Shown: positions 1 to 10,793 of the stretch, one piece after another
Position numbering within the stretch: position 1 is the stretch's first letter
Layout of the letters: every line of letters starts with the position of its first letter
Source: Myxococcales bacterium
GTDB taxonomy: Bacteria; Myxococcota_A; UBA9042; JABWCM01; BTVJ01
Assembly (NCBI GenBank): GCA_045863395.1
Contig: BTVJ01000047.1
Location: 1-57,912, forward strand
Direction: 5' to 3'
DNA length: 57,912 nucleotides
Made by a program: the position numbers and the translations under genes
The notes under the pieces: model-generated
Database searches by the model: none
The model's input: the letters and a program-made list of their open reading frames with translations, nothing else
What the model was told of the DNA's origin: nothing

Positions 1-522
<522 letters not shown>

Positions 523-752
523 CGGACCCTCCGTGGGAGTCGACCGCGGGTGCTGAACGGTACGCGCCGACCTGCTCGACGACCTCAGAACTCTGTCGGA
601 CGGTGGGAGCGTAGATCCGGGAGGGGGCGCCAAGCAATGGCGAAGTTCGAGATCGTGCAGTTTCCGGGGGGACGCTTCGTAGCCGATGGGATGGGGGAGC
701 GCGCGGACCGGAGCCTCGGCCCTTTGGCGCCGGCCTCCCATGGGAGCGCCCC

Positions 753-3700
753 TCAGTTGATGGCGCCGCTCGCCCCCTGGGTGCCGCCGTTGCCAGGGCC
801 TCCGCCCCCGTTGCCGCCCGGGGCCACGGAGTAGTCCATGCCGCTGCCGATGGTCGGGCTGGAGCTGCCGGACTTGTAGATGCCGTAGCTGACGCCGCCA
901 CCGCCACCGCCGCCCGCGGCCCCGTTGCCGCCCGCGCTCCCGGCGCCGCCCGCTCCGCCGTCGCCCGAGTCGTCCGGGCCTGAGCCGCCCCCTGCGCCGC
1001 TGCCGCCCTTTCCGCCCGCGCCGCCGCCGCCGCCGTTGCCGCCCGTGCCGCCTCCGAGCGTCGTGATCTTCGTCGCCGAGATGGACGGTGACGCGTTGAC
1101 GAGGAACACCCCGAAGGAGCCGCCGCCCGGGGTGCCGCCTGCGCCGCCTGCGCCGCCGCAGCCACCACCACCGCCGCCGCCGCCGCCGCCGCCCCGGTCC
1201 GCGTTGCACACGCAGACGATGATGGTGCAGGCGAAGCAGGAGGCGCAGGACGAGCCACCTGCGCCGCCGCCGCCGCCACCGCCGCCTCGGCCGTGTGACC
1301 CGGTGGCTCCGGTTGCTCCCGATTGGCCCTCCCAGAACCCGGCCGCTACGGAGCCCGTGCCGTTTCCGCCAGCCGCGTTGCCTGGCGAGCTCACCGTGCC
1401 GCCGGAGCCCCCCGCGCCGCCGTTGTCGTCGCAGTCGTTGCCGCCGGTGGCGCCGATGCCCCCCGCGCCGCCACTGTTGCCTCCGCCAGAGCCGTTGGAG
1501 CCGCCGCCCGTGTTGTAGCCACCCCCGCCGCCCGTGCCGCCCCCAGCGCTGCAGCCGCTGGACCCACCGCTGCCCCCACCTCCGCCGCCGCTACCGTTCG
1601 ACGTGCCCGAGCCCCCTGCGGCGCCGTTGCCACCGCCGACGCCGGCTGAGCCACTCGACCCCGCCGTCCCGTTGCCGCCCTTGCCGGCGTTGATCGTACA
1701 GCCCTCGATCTGCAAGCCGCTGCCGCCGCTCGCGTAGACGGCGTACACACTGCCGCCGGCCGTGCCGTTGCTGCCGGTCTCGATGGTCAGGTACTTGAGG
1801 CCCGTCGGCGCCGTGAGGTTGTTCGCGACGACGGTGACGATGCGGCCGTTGCTGACGGTGCTCCAGGTGATCTTGGTGACGTTGGCCGTGTTGCGGGTCC
1901 ACCCGGCGGCGCGGTCGTAGCCTCCGAACACACCGACCCCGTTCTTCATGGTGACCGTCTCGGTGTAGGTGCCCTTGGACACCAGGACCTGGGTCTTGGT
2001 CGAGCCGTTGGCTGCGTCGATGCCGGCCTGGACCGTCTTCTTCGGGGACGCCTTGGTGCCCGCGTTGCCGTCGTTGCCTGACGTGGTGTCGACGAAGATC
2101 GCGGCAGCCTCGGCGCCGTCGATGCCGTCGCAGTTGGAGTCCACCGAGGAGGCGTCGGGGAGGTCCGTCGCGCCAGGATAGGTCGTGTTGACGTTGTCAT
2201 TGCAGTCGCCGCCGCCGCTCGGGCAGATGGGCGGCGCCGGCACCGAGACGGTCATCGCCGCGTCGCAGTACGCGTCGCCGTCGTCGTTGCAGCCGTTGTC
2301 CACCCCGCTCTTGCAGTCGTTGTCGAGCCCGTCGCAGACCTCCGCCTGGCCCGGGTTCACGTTGGCCTTGGCGTCGTCGCAGTCTCCGCCCCCCTTGGGG
2401 CAGATGGGCGGCGCCGGGCTGGAGACGGTCATGCCGGAGTCGCAGTATTGATCTCCGTCGTCGTCGCAGCCTTCGTCCGTGCCGTTCTTGCAGTCGTTGT
2501 CGATCCCGTCGCAGACCTCGACCTGGTTCGGGTTGGCCTTGTCGGTGCCGTCGTTGCAGTCTCCGCCCTTGGTCGCCGTGTAGGGCGCCTTGGCGCCGCA
2601 GGTGCACTGGGTGTCTGCTGTGACCCCGAAGGTGTCTCCGTCGTCGTCCCGATGGTAGACCGTGCAGCCTTGGGCGCCCGCCTCGTCGATCTGCCCGTCG
2701 CAGTTCTCGTCGCCGCTGCCGCAGACCTCCTTGGCGTCCGGGTTGATCGCCGGGTTGGAGTCGTTGCAGTCCCCCGGCTGAGCAGACGTGTAGAGGCCCG
2801 CCGGCAGACAGAGACACTGGGAGTCGGTCGCGAGGCCCCAGGTGTCGCCGTCCAGGTCGCGGTAGAAGGTCAGGCACCCGACCGCGTTGGCCTCGTCGGT
2901 CAGGCCGTCGCAGTCGTCGTCCATGCCGTTGCAGGTCTCCGCTCCGCTCGGGTTCACCGTCGCGATGGCGTCATTGCAGTCGCCGCCCTTGCTCGCGGTG
3001 TAGCCGTCTCCCGGCGTGCACCGGCACTGGGTGTCGCCGCTCTTGCCGAAGGTGTCGCCGTCCCCGTCGTAGAAGAAGTCGACGCACCCCGTCGAGCCCG
3101 CCTCGTCGATCTGCCCGTCACAGTCGTCGTCGATGCCGTTGCAGGTCTCCTTCGCAGCCGGAGAGACCGCACCGGTGGTGTCGTCGCAGTCACCGCCCTG
3201 GAGCGCCGAGTAGGGGGCGGTCTTGGAGCACAGGCAGGCCTGGGCGGAGGTGACCCCGAACCCGTCCAGATCCTCGTCCTTGTACCAGGTCTGACAGCCC
3301 GTCGAGTCCGCCTCGTCGGTCTCCCCGTCGCAGTCGTCGTCGAGGCCGTTGCAGGCCTCTTTGGCTCCGGGGTTCTGCGACTTGTTGAGATCGTTGCAGT
3401 CGCCGCCGACGCCGGCAGTGTAGGGCGCCACGGGGCCGCAGAGGCACTTGGAGTTTCCGGTCACCCCGAAGCCGTCCTCGTCGAAGTCGCGCAGGAAGTC
3501 CACGCAGCCGCTCGCCCCCTCCTCGTCGGTCTGCCCGTCACAGTCGTCGTCCGCTCCGTTGCACTCCTCCGTCGCGCCGGGGTTGATCGCCGCCACCGCG
3601 TCGTTGCAGTCGCCGGCCTGGGTCGCCGTGAAGGCCCCCTCGGGCGCGCAGAGGCACAAGCTCTTTGCCTTGCCCCAGGTGTCTCCGTCGACGTCCTCGT

Positions 3701-5513
3701 GGTAGGTCGAGCAGCCCGTGGCGTTCTCCTCGTCCACGGCCCCGTCGCAGTCGTCGTCCTTGCCGTTGCACGACTCGGTCGCCTTGCCGTGGACCGTCGG
3801 GTCGAAGGGCCCGCAGTCCGTCGCGTCCGGGTCCCCGTCGCCGTCCGTATCGCTGTCGCAGGCGTCGCCGACGCCGTCCTTGTCCAGATCCTCCTGGCCA
3901 GGGTTCGAGACGAGCTTGCAGTTGTCCGTCAGGTCAGGGACCCCGTCTCCGTCGTCGTCGTCATCGCACAGGTCGCCCGCGCCGTCCCCGTCCGTGTCCG
4001 TCTGATCGGGGTTCTTGACCGCCGGACAGTTGTCCGTGTCGTTGGGGACGCCGTCGCCGTCCAGATCTCCGTCGCAGGCATCTCCCACGCCGTTTCCGTC
4101 CGAGTCCTTCTGATCCGGGTTGGGCACGAGGGGGCAGTTGTCCTTGGAGTCGAGCACCCCGTCACCGTCGTCGTCGTCGTCGCAGAGGTCTCCCTTGCCG
4201 TCCTCGTCCGTGTCGAGCTGGTCGGGGTCCGCCACGAGCGGGCAGACGTCCTCGCCGTCGGGGATGCCGTCCCCGTCGTCGTCGTCGTCGCAGGCGTCTC
4301 CGTCTCCGTCCCCGTCCGTGTCCGTCTGCTTCTGATTCGACACGGTGGGGCAGTTGTCGATGGCGTCAGGCACCCCGTCGCCGTCCTTGTCCTGGTCGCA
4401 GGCGTCGCCCTGGCCGTCTCCGTCCGTGTCGGTCTGGTCCGGGTTCGGCACCTGCGGGCAGTTGTCGCTGATGTTCGGGACTCCGTCGCCGTCGAGGTCC
4501 GTGTCCACGCAGTCCGCGTCGCCGTCGCCGTCCGTATCCAGGAAGCCCTCGTCCGTCTCGCCGTCGCAGTCGTTGTCCTTGCCGTCGCAGGCTTCCTTCT
4601 CGGGCTTCTGCGCGTTGCAGGTCTCCTTGCCGCCCTGGCAGAGGGTGATGCCCGGGCAGGAGCCCTCCGCCGTGTCGGACGTACACTCCGCGCCGCCCAT
4701 GCCCTCGTCCACCTGGCCGTCGCAGTCGTCGTCCTTGCCGTTGCAGGTCTCCTCGGCGGGGATGCTGGCGTTGCAGTCCGTCAGGCCGTCCTTGCCGCAC
4801 GTTCGCGTGCCCTTGCACGAGCCAAAGGCGTTCTGCGTGGCGCAGCTCGTCGACGCCTGCTGCTGGATGGCCCGCGGAGAGCACTCGCACGTGCCTGAGG
4901 TGGGCACGCACTGCTTCGGGCCCCCATCGGTCTCCTCGCAGGAGTATCCTTCGGGGCACCCGTCATCGACGCAGGCCACGCCGCAGAAGCTGCCAAGGTC
5001 GCCGTAGGAGACGCACAGGTCGCCCTCCGCGCCGCCGCAGTCACCGTTGGCGTTGCAGGGTCGGCAGAGGTCCAGGTAGTCCTGGAGGCAGAGGTAGACC
5101 ACGTCGGGCGGCGTGTTGCTGACGAGCTTGCAGGTGAAGCCGGTCGGGCAGGAGTCCACGCACTGCTGGCTGCACCGCTTGCCCTCCGTCGTGTCGATGC
5201 AGTAGCCCGAGAGGCAGTCGCTGTTCTTGGAGCACTCGCAGAGGAAGCCGCCAATCTCGGTGCAGACCCCGGAGGTGGCGTCCTCCCCCGAGCCATCCGC
5301 TCCCGATGTGTCGCCTCCCTGGGTGTCCTTGGTACCCCAGCGGGGAACGTCGGCGCCGCCGCTGGAGTCGGGCGTCACCGTGGACCCGTCGGCCCCGCCG
5401 ATCCCGTCCATGTGCGCGTCGGCGTCCGCCGAGCCGCCCGCGCCGATGTTGACCCCATCGCCGCAGCCGGCGAGCGCGAGCGTGACGAGCGCGGAGAGGA
5501 TGGTTCGCTTCAT
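753..5513 (-). CDS. Giant lipoprotein with thrombospondin type-3 repeats, MopE-like Cys/Asp metal-binding repeats and a Gly-rich C-terminus
   Basis: Lipobox [17 protein letters not shown] at ATG 5513. Many DGDG..D..DNCP...NPDQ.D.DGDG.GDACD and E.CNG.DDDCDG..DE repeats. [27 protein letters not shown] resembles a beta-helix start and precedes Gly-rich tracts. Confidence 0.85.
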   Translation of the reverse strand: MKRTILSALVTLALAGCGDGVNIGAGGSADADAHMDGIGGADGSTVTPDSSGGADVPRWGTKDTQGGDTSGADGSGEDATSGVCTEIGGFLCECSKNSDCLSGYCIDTTEGKRCSQQCVDSCPTGFTCKLVSNTPPDVVYLCLQDYLDLCRPCNANGDCGGAEGDLCVSYGDLGSFCGVACVDDGCPEGYSCEETDGGPKQCVPTSGTCECSPRAIQQQASTSCATQNAFGSCKGTRTCGKDGLTDCNASIPAEETCNGKDDDCDGQVDEGMGGAECTSDTAEGSCPGITLCQGGKETCNAQKPEKEACDGKDNDCDGETDEGFLDTDGDGDADCVDTDLDGDGVPNISDNCPQVPNPDQTDTDGDGQGDACDQDKDGDGVPDAIDNCPTVSNQKQTDTDGDGDGDACDDDDDGDGIPDGEDVCPLVADPDQLDTDEDGKGDLCDDDDDGDGVLDSKDNCPLVPNPDQKDSDGNGVGDACDGDLDGDGVPNDTDNCPAVKNPDQTDTDGDGAGDLCDDDDDGDGVPDLTDNCKLVSNPGQEDLDKDGVGDACDSDTDGDGDPDATDCGPFDPTVHGKATESCNGKDDDCDGAVDEENATGCSTYHEDVDGDTWGKAKSLCLCAPEGAFTATQAGDCNDAVAAINPGATEECNGADDDCDGQTDEEGASGCVDFLRDFDEDGFGVTGNSKCLCGPVAPYTAGVGGDCNDLNKSQNPGAKEACNGLDDDCDGETDEADSTGCQTWYKDEDLDGFGVTSAQACLCSKTAPYSALQGGDCDDTTGAVSPAAKETCNGIDDDCDGQIDEAGSTGCVDFFYDGDGDTFGKSGDTQCRCTPGDGYTASKGGDCNDAIATVNPSGAETCNGMDDDCDGLTDEANAVGCLTFYRDLDGDTWGLATDSQCLCLPAGLYTSAQPGDCNDSNPAINPDAKEVCGSGDENCDGQIDEAGAQGCTVYHRDDDGDTFGVTADTQCTCGAKAPYTATKGGDCNDGTDKANPNQVEVCDGIDNDCKNGTDEGCDDDGDQYCDSGMTVSSPAPPICPKGGGDCDDAKANVNPGQAEVCDGLDNDCKSGVDNGCNDDGDAYCDAAMTVSVPAPPICPSGGGDCNDNVNTTYPGATDLPDASSVDSNCDGIDGAEAAAIFVDTTSGNDGNAGTKASPKKTVQAGIDAANGSTKTQVLVSKGTYTETVTMKNGVGVFGGYDRAAGWTRNTANVTKITWSTVSNGRIVTVVANNLTAPTGLKYLTIETGSNGTAGGSVYAVYASGGSGLQIEGCTINAGKGGNGTAGSSGSAGVGGGNGAAGGSGTSNGSGGGGGGSGGSSGCSAGGGTGGGGGYNTGGGSNGSGGGNSGGAGGIGATGGNDCDDNGGAGGSGGTVSSPGNAAGGNGTGSVAAGFWEGQSGATGATGSHGRGGGGGGGGAGGSSCASCFACTIIVCVCNADRGGGGGGGGGGGCGGAGGAGGTPGGGSFGVFLVNASPSISATKITTLGGGTGGNGGGGGAGGKGGSGAGGGSGPDDSGDGGAGGAGSAGGNGAAGGGGGGGVSYGIYKSGSSSPTIGSGMDYSVAPGGNGGGGPGNGGTQGASGAIN

Positions 5514-5663
5514 GGGCGGGCTCCGTGTGGCGTTCTTGGCCTCCGGGCTCGGCGCCCGGCGCGACACAGAGTAGTGCGCAGACGCCGCCTGCCGCAAGAC
5601 AAGTCGGAGGGGGTGCGTCGTGCGCCGACGCGGTGACCCCGGGGGAGGGCCGGGCGTGACCCC

Positions 5664-7835
5664 CTACGGGTGGAACTTCCCCTTGGTCTCGGCGAGCTGG
5701 ACGAGGATCTGCGCCGGCGCGAACCGTTTGCCGTGGCGGCTCTCGAAGGTGCGCAGCTTGTTGACCACCTCCCGCGCGCCCACGGCATCGACGTACCGGA
5801 AGGGCCCGCCACGGAAGGGTGGGAACCCGAGGCCGAAGATGGCGCCGATGTCCCCGTCGCGGGGGCTGCGCAGGATGCCCTCTTGGAGGCAGTGCGCCGC
5901 CTCGTTGACCATCAGCAGGCCGCACCGCTCGGCGATGGTGACGGGGTCCATGCTGGTGCCCGGCGTGATGCCGAGCACCTTGTAGACGGTCTCGTCGGCG
6001 GCGTGCTTGCCCTTGACCTTCTTGCCCTTCTCGTAGCGGTAGAAGCCCTTGCCGTTCTTGCGGCCCTTCCTGCCGTCCTCGATGAGGCGCTCCATGGCCC
6101 GGGGCGGGGTCACCCGGTCCCCGAAGGCCGCGAGCATGATGGGCCCCACCTTGGCGGCCACGTCCAGGCCCACCTCGTCGAGCAGCGTCATGGGGCCGAC
6201 GGGGTAGCCCCACTTCATCAGCGCGTGGTCGATCTCTTCGATGCGCACGCCCTCTGAGAGGATGTGCGCCGCCTCGTTCATGTAGGGCCCGAGGATGCGG
6301 CTCGTGTAGAAGCCGGTCCCGTCGCGCACCACGATGACGGTCTTGCCCTGCTTCTTGCCCAGCTCGACGCAGGTGGCGATCACGTCGGGGCTCGTGTGCT
6401 CCGTCACGATGATCTCGAGGAGCGGCATCTTGTCGACCGGCGAGAAGTAGTGCAGGCCGATGACGTTCTCGGGGTGGGACGAGGCGGCGGCGATCCGGGT
6501 GATCGGGATCGACGACGTGTTGGACCCGAAGATCACGTCCGGGCCGCACGTCGCCTCGACGTCGCGCACCATGCGGTGCTTGAGGTCCAGGTCCTCGAAG
6601 ACCGCCTCGATGACCACGTCGCAGCCCTTGAACCCGTCGTAGGTGGTCGTGCCGCTGATCGTGGCCAGCTCCTGGGCCGCGTCGTGGCGGCTCATCGCCT
6701 TCCGCTTGACCCGCTTGCCGTAGAGCGCGTGGAGCGCCTTCAGGCCGGCCGCCACGCCTGCGTCGTCCTTGTCCTTCATGCGCACGGGCAGGCCCGCCTT
6801 GGACCGGGTCACATACGCGATGCCGGCGCCCATGAGGCCCGCGCCGAGCACGCCCACCTTGCGGAGGGGGCGGGGCGTGGCTGGCTTGTCGGTGCCCGTG
6901 TCCTTCTTCAGCGCGGTCATGGCGAAGAAGATGCTCATCAGCGCCTTGGCCTCGGGGCTCATCACGAGCTTGCCGAACTCCCGCGCCTCGGCCTCCAGGC
7001 CCGCGTGCAGGCCCCGCTCGATGCCCGTCTCGACCACGTCGATGATGCGCTCGGCGGCCGGGTAGTTGCCGTAGGACTTGGAGAGCAGCGTCTTGCGCGC
7101 CTGCTGGAACAGCACCTTGCGCCCGAGGGGGTTGTCCTCCAGGGCGAGGTCCGTCAGGCCCTCCTTCGAGAAGATGTGGGCGAGGGCGGAGCCGACGCGG
7201 GCCAGGGGCTTCGGAGGGGGCGGCAGGTCCGCGAGGCGGCGGGCGTGTTGCTTCGCTACGTCCAGGAGGATCGCCTCGGGGACCACCTCGTCCACGAGGC
7301 CCATCTTCTTTGCCTTCGGCGGGCGGACGTGCCGCCCGGTGAGCATCATGTCCAGGGCCTTGGCGATGCCGACGAGGCGCGGCAGCCGCTGGGTGCCGCC
7401 CGCCCCGGGGAGCAGCCCGAGCTGCACCTCGGGCAGCCCGAGGGCGGTGTTGGAAGAGTCGGAGCACACGCGGCCGTGGCAGGCGAGCGCCAGCTCGAGA
7501 CCCCCGCCGAGGCACGGCCCTTGGATGGCGGCGACGACCGGGACGCGCCCGTTGGCGATGCGCCCGAAGGCCTCCTGGGTCTTGCGCGACAGGGCCGTCG
7601 CCTCCTCGGCGCTCGTCACCTTCTCGATGAGCGTGACGTCCGCGCCGGCCAGGAACGAGCTTGGCTTTCCGCTCCGAAACACGGCCGCGACGATGGTCTC
7701 GTCGTTCTCGACCGCCGCGAAGATGGCGTCGAAGTCGTCGGCAAATTCGGCCTTGAGCGTGTTCTGGGCCTCTCCGGGGACATCGAGCGTGATGACCGCG
7801 ATGCCGTCCGTGATCTCGAGGGTGACCGCCTTCAT
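5664..7835 (-). CDS. fadJ: Fatty acid oxidation complex alpha subunit (enoyl-CoA hydratase / 3-hydroxyacyl-CoA dehydrogenase)
   Basis: CLGGGLELALAC, LPEVQLGLLPGAGGTQRLPRL, GAGLMGAGIA, VIEAVFE, SNTSSIPI, GLHYFSPV. Start ATG 7835 overlaps the fadI stop (TGATG). Confidence 0.92.
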   Translation of the reverse strand: MKAVTLEITDGIAVITLDVPGEAQNTLKAEFADDFDAIFAAVENDETIVAAVFRSGKPSSFLAGADVTLIEKVTSAEEATALSRKTQEAFGRIANGRVPVVAAIQGPCLGGGLELALACHGRVCSDSSNTALGLPEVQLGLLPGAGGTQRLPRLVGIAKALDMMLTGRHVRPPKAKKMGLVDEVVPEAILLDVAKQHARRLADLPPPPKPLARVGSALAHIFSKEGLTDLALEDNPLGRKVLFQQARKTLLSKSYGNYPAAERIIDVVETGIERGLHAGLEAEAREFGKLVMSPEAKALMSIFFAMTALKKDTGTDKPATPRPLRKVGVLGAGLMGAGIAYVTRSKAGLPVRMKDKDDAGVAAGLKALHALYGKRVKRKAMSRHDAAQELATISGTTTYDGFKGCDVVIEAVFEDLDLKHRMVRDVEATCGPDVIFGSNTSSIPITRIAAASSHPENVIGLHYFSPVDKMPLLEIIVTEHTSPDVIATCVELGKKQGKTVIVVRDGTGFYTSRILGPYMNEAAHILSEGVRIEEIDHALMKWGYPVGPMTLLDEVGLDVAAKVGPIMLAAFGDRVTPPRAMERLIEDGRKGRKNGKGFYRYEKGKKVKGKHAADETVYKVLGITPGTSMDPVTIAERCGLLMVNEAAHCLQEGILRSPRDGDIGAIFGLGFPPFRGGPFRYVDAVGAREVVNKLRTFESRHGKRFAPAQILVQLAETKGKFHP

Positions 7836-9133
7836 CACTCCACCTCCCAGATGAACGCGGCGCCGAGCCCGCCGGCTGCGCACGCGGTGGTCAGCGCGAG
7901 GCCGCCGCCCCGGCGCTTCGTCTCGCGCAATGTCTGCGTGATCATGCGGGCCCCCGTCGCTGCGAAGGGGTGCCCGTAAGCGATGGAGCCGCCGAGCACG
8001 TTGAAGCGGTCCATGTCCACGGAGCCAATGACGGGGCGCCCGATCTCGGCGGCGAAGCGGGTGGACTCGAACGCTCGCAGGTTGCAGGCGATCTGGGCGG
8101 CGAAGGCCTCGTGCATGTCGACGAGGGTGAGATCGGAGAGGGCCACGCCGGCGCGCTCCAGCGCGATGGGGGTCGTGTGCGCCGGCCCCATGAGCATGTC
8201 TCCCCGCGGGTCGAGGGCCGCAAAGGCGTAGGAGCGCAGGTAGCCGAGAGGGACGTAGCCAAGCGCCTTGGCCCGGTCCTCGCGCATGATCAGCACCGCG
8301 GCCGCGCCGTCGGTGAGCGGCGAGCTGTTGGCGGCGGTCAGCGTCCCGTGCTTGCGGTCGAAGACGGGCTTCAGGCGGGCGTAGGACTCCAGGTCCGAGT
8401 CCTCGCGCACCAGGTTGTCTCTGGCGAAGGGCTCCTTGAAGGGCGGCACGTGGGCGGTCATCACCTCGCCTGCCAGCTTGCCGTCGGCCCAGGCGCGAGC
8501 CGCGCGCGTGTGGGAGCGGTGCGCCAGCTCGTCCTGCTCGGCGCGGGAGACACCCCACCGCTTCGCCATGGCCTCGCCGTGCTCGCCCATGGTCAGCCCC
8601 GTGGAGAACTCCTTGGGGGACGGCGGCACGGGCAGCAGGTCCTTCAGGCCCAGCTTGCCGAGGACCTGGAGCCGCTTCTGCAGGGTCTTGGCCTTGGACA
8701 GGTCCACGAGGGCCGTGGACAGGCGCTTCGTGACGGCGATGGGCACCACCGAGGCGCTGTCCGCGCCGCCGGCGACCCCGATGGTCGCGTGCCCGGCCTC
8801 GATGGCCTGCGCCACGCCGGCAAAGGCCTGGAAGCTCGTGGCGCAGGCCCGGCTGACGCTGTAGGCGTCGGTCTTGGGGTCCATGCCGGTCCCGAGCACG
8901 ATCTCGCGGGCGATGTTGGGCGCCTCCAGCGACGGCATCACCTGGCCATAGACGAGGATGTCCACGAGCTTCGGGTCAAGCGACGACCGGTCCAGCAGCT
9001 CGGCCACGACGAGGCGCCCGAGATCGAGGGCGCTCACTTCCCGGTAGGCGCTCGACTGGCGCGCGAAGGGGGTCCGCAGGCCCCCGACGACGGCGATCCG
9101 CTGGCCCGTTCGGCTACTCTTGCGCTGTGCCAT
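7835..9133 (-). CDS. fadI: 3-ketoacyl-CoA thiolase
   Basis: SRACATS (active Cys), [31 protein letters not shown]; coupled to fadJ. Confidence 0.92.
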   Translation of the reverse strand: MAQRKSSRTGQRIAVVGGLRTPFARQSSAYREVSALDLGRLVVAELLDRSSLDPKLVDILVYGQVMPSLEAPNIAREIVLGTGMDPKTDAYSVSRACATSFQAFAGVAQAIEAGHATIGVAGGADSASVVPIAVTKRLSTALVDLSKAKTLQKRLQVLGKLGLKDLLPVPPSPKEFSTGLTMGEHGEAMAKRWGVSRAEQDELAHRSHTRAARAWADGKLAGEVMTAHVPPFKEPFARDNLVREDSDLESYARLKPVFDRKHGTLTAANSSPLTDGAAAVLIMREDRAKALGYVPLGYLRSYAFAALDPRGDMLMGPAHTTPIALERAGVALSDLTLVDMHEAFAAQIACNLRAFESTRFAAEIGRPVIGSVDMDRFNVLGGSIAYGHPFAATGARMITQTLRETKRRGGGLALTTACAAGGLGAAFIWEVE

Positions 9134-9190
9134 GTGCTCCGGCTCCTGTGGGTTTCCCGTAGGGGGCTCCGTGGAGGGGCCCAGCGGCCG

Positions 9191-9219
9191 AGGCTAGGCG
9201 GTCTGACGCAGCGTGTCAA
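9191..9219 (-). promoter_or_regulatory. Candidate sigma70 promoter for fadIJ
   Basis: Minus strand TTGACA-N17-TAGCCT about 60 nt upstream of the fadI ATG. Confidence 0.55.
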
Positions 9220-9275
9220 TGGGGTCTGGAGCCCGTCTCTTGACCCCATCGCCCGGGTCGTGTGACAACGGGCCC

Positions 9276-10280
9276 ATGACCCGCACGCCCCACGACGCCT
9301 TCTTCAAGGGCGTCTTTGGCAAGCCGGAGCACGCCGTCGCCTGCTTCCAGGCCTATCTGCCGCCGGCGATCCTCGTGCACCTGGACCTCGGGACGGCGCG
9401 GCTCAAGCCTGGCAGCTTCGTCGACGACCGGCTCCGGCAGCGCCACTCCGATCTGCTCTACGAGGTGCAGATGCACGGGCGGCCCGCGCTGCTCTATCTG
9501 CTGTTCGAGCACCAGCGCGCGCCGGACCCGCTGATGCCATACCGCATGCATGGCTATGTCGGGAGAATCTGGGAGCGGTGGCTCGAGGACACGCAGGGGG
9601 CGAGGACGTTGCCGCCCGTCATCTCCCTCGTGCTCTACCACGGTGCCGATGCCTGGAGCGGGCCGGCGCGCCTGTCCGACCTCATGGACGCCTCGCCCGA
9701 GCTGCGCGCGGCCATGCTCCCCCACTCCCCGGAGCTGGCGCCTCTCTTGCTCGACCTCTCGGCGCTCTCCGACGACGAGCTGCGCGGCACTGCGCTCGGG
9801 CGCCTCGCCCTCTACCTCTTCAAGCACATCGACGACCCGGAGCTCATCCAATCGCTGGTCGGCTGGTCCTCCGTCTTCCTGGAGGCCATGGCGAGCTCGG
9901 GGTTGAAGGCGCTCCAGCTCGCGATATCATACGTCCTCAAGGCCGGGCGCGACGTAGAGCACGAGCGCCTCGCCGACACCCTCTTCCCCGAGACGCCCGA
10001 GGCGCGGGAGGTCATCATGAGCACAGCAGACCGGCTCCGGCAGGAGGGCTTCGAGCAGGGGATCCAGCAGGGGATCCAGCAGGGGATCCAGCAAGGCGTC
10101 CAGCGCGGCCAGCAGCGCGGGAAGCTCCACCTCCTCCTTCGCCAGCTCCAGCTCCGCTTCGGGCCACTGCCGGCCGAGGTCAGCGCGCGCGTCGAGGCCG
10201 CCGATGACGAGCTGCTCGACCTCTGGGCAGAGCGCATCCTCACCGCGCCGACCCTGGACGAGGTCCTCGCCGACCGCTGA
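9276..10280 (+). CDS. rpn: Rpn (YhgA-like) PD-(D/E)XK nuclease / putative transposase
   Basis: PHDAFFKGVF, SFVDDRL, HSDLLYEV, YLLFEHQ, LPPVISLVLYHG; C-terminal QEGFEQGIQQG repeats and LLRQLQLRFGPLP (DUF4351-like). Confidence 0.88.
   Translation: MTRTPHDAFFKGVFGKPEHAVACFQAYLPPAILVHLDLGTARLKPGSFVDDRLRQRHSDLLYEVQMHGRPALLYLLFEHQRAPDPLMPYRMHGYVGRIWERWLEDTQGARTLPPVISLVLYHGADAWSGPARLSDLMDASPELRAAMLPHSPELAPLLLDLSALSDDELRGTALGRLALYLFKHIDDPELIQSLVGWSSVFLEAMASSGLKALQLAISYVLKAGRDVEHERLADTLFPETPEAREVIMSTADRLRQEGFEQGIQQGIQQGIQQGVQRGQQRGKLHLLLRQLQLRFGPLPAEVSARVEAADDELLDLWAERILTAPTLDEVLADR
10017..10280 (+). CDS. Probable internally initiated small Rpn C-terminal protein (RpnS-like antitoxin), 87 aa
   Basis: In-frame ATG 10017 (MSTADRLRQEG) directly preceded by GGGAGG at 10006-10011 inside rpn. 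Confidence 0.6.
   Translation: MSTADRLRQEGFEQGIQQGIQQGIQQGVQRGQQRGKLHLLLRQLQLRFGPLPAEVSARVEAADDELLDLWAERILTAPTLDEVLADR
10053..10120 (+). repeat. 12-bp tandem repeat (CAGCAGGGGATC-like) encoding QQGI units
   Basis: Three near-perfect units plus degenerate ones in the rpn 3' region. Confidence 0.85.
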
Positions 10281-10490
10281 GACGGCACGCCGCGGGCGGC
10301 CGGTGGTGGGGGCCCCCCCAGGGCGCGCCCCCGCCAGACGGGGGCTCGCAGCTCTGGCGGGGCGGGCGGTCTTCGTCCCCGCCTCTGCGGGGCGCTGCCT
10401 TGGAGGCGCTGGCCAGGGGCGGGCGCGGCCTGCGCGAGCGTGATCGCGCCGGTTCTGGCCGTCTCCCCTCCGGTGGGAGGGGCCCCCGGG

Positions 10491-10574
10491 CTGGAGAGGC
10501 GGAACCCGAGGCTGTCGGCGCGGTTGCCCGGCGACGTGTTGTTGCGGTTCGCGGCGCGCGCGTTGCCCGCGTTG
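10491..10574 (-). mobile_element. DGR template-repeat (TR)-like copy, non-coding and AAC-rich
   Basis: 84-bp ungapped match to 10795-10878 (70/84 identical). 11 of the 14 differences are at adenines of this copy on the minus strand. Reads AAC GCG GGC AAC GCG CGC GCC GCG AAC CGC AAC AAC ACG TCG CCG GGC AAC CGC. Confidence 0.8.
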
Positions 10575-10628
10575 CGGGGCTGCTGACGCGCCCCCTGGAC
10601 CCCATGCGGGTGGCTCCGTCGAGGGATC

Positions 10629-10712
10629 GCGCCGGCGTCGCGCGCGACGGCGGGGCCGGGCTCCGCTGCGCTCCGAGTTGTCCGGCCTCGCCGTCGGGCG
10701 CGGCGCCGGCGC
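10629..10712. repeat. Long imperfect inverted repeat (31-bp arms) between VR and TR
   Basis: Arm 10629-10659 pairs with 10682-10712 with three non-Watson-Crick positions; 22-nt loop. Confidence 0.75.
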
Positions 10713-10740
10713 TGCGAGGCGGCTCGTGGTGAACCTTCAT

Positions 10741-10771
10741 CAAGGGTTCAAGGGTCCAAGGGTCAAGGGTT
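10741..10771 (-). repeat. Four tandem CCCTTG-core repeats just downstream of the target gene stop
   Basis: Plus strand CAAGGG at 10741, 10749, 10757 and 10764. Confidence 0.8.
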
Positions 10772-10774
10772 CGC

Positions 10775-10793
10775 CTCGCGCCTACGGCGCGAG
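10775..10793 (-). promoter_or_regulatory. DGR target-recognition-like hairpin/cruciform at the 3' end of the VR
   Basis: Minus strand CTCGCGCC-GTA-GGCGCGAG: perfect 8-bp stem with a GNA triloop, overlapping the stop codon. Absent from the TR copy. Confidence 0.7.

Noticed and set aside
2448..4898. Long antisense and alternate-frame ORFs (also 5041..7515, 12318..14504, 17727..20870, 48813..52115 and many others)
   Set aside because: They are shadows of well-supported genes in high-GC DNA and show no family motifs.
10704..10716. 13-bp direct repeat shared with the VR (10814-10826)
   Set aside because: Almost entirely G/C, largely self-palindromic and part of the long hairpin arm; plausible by chance.
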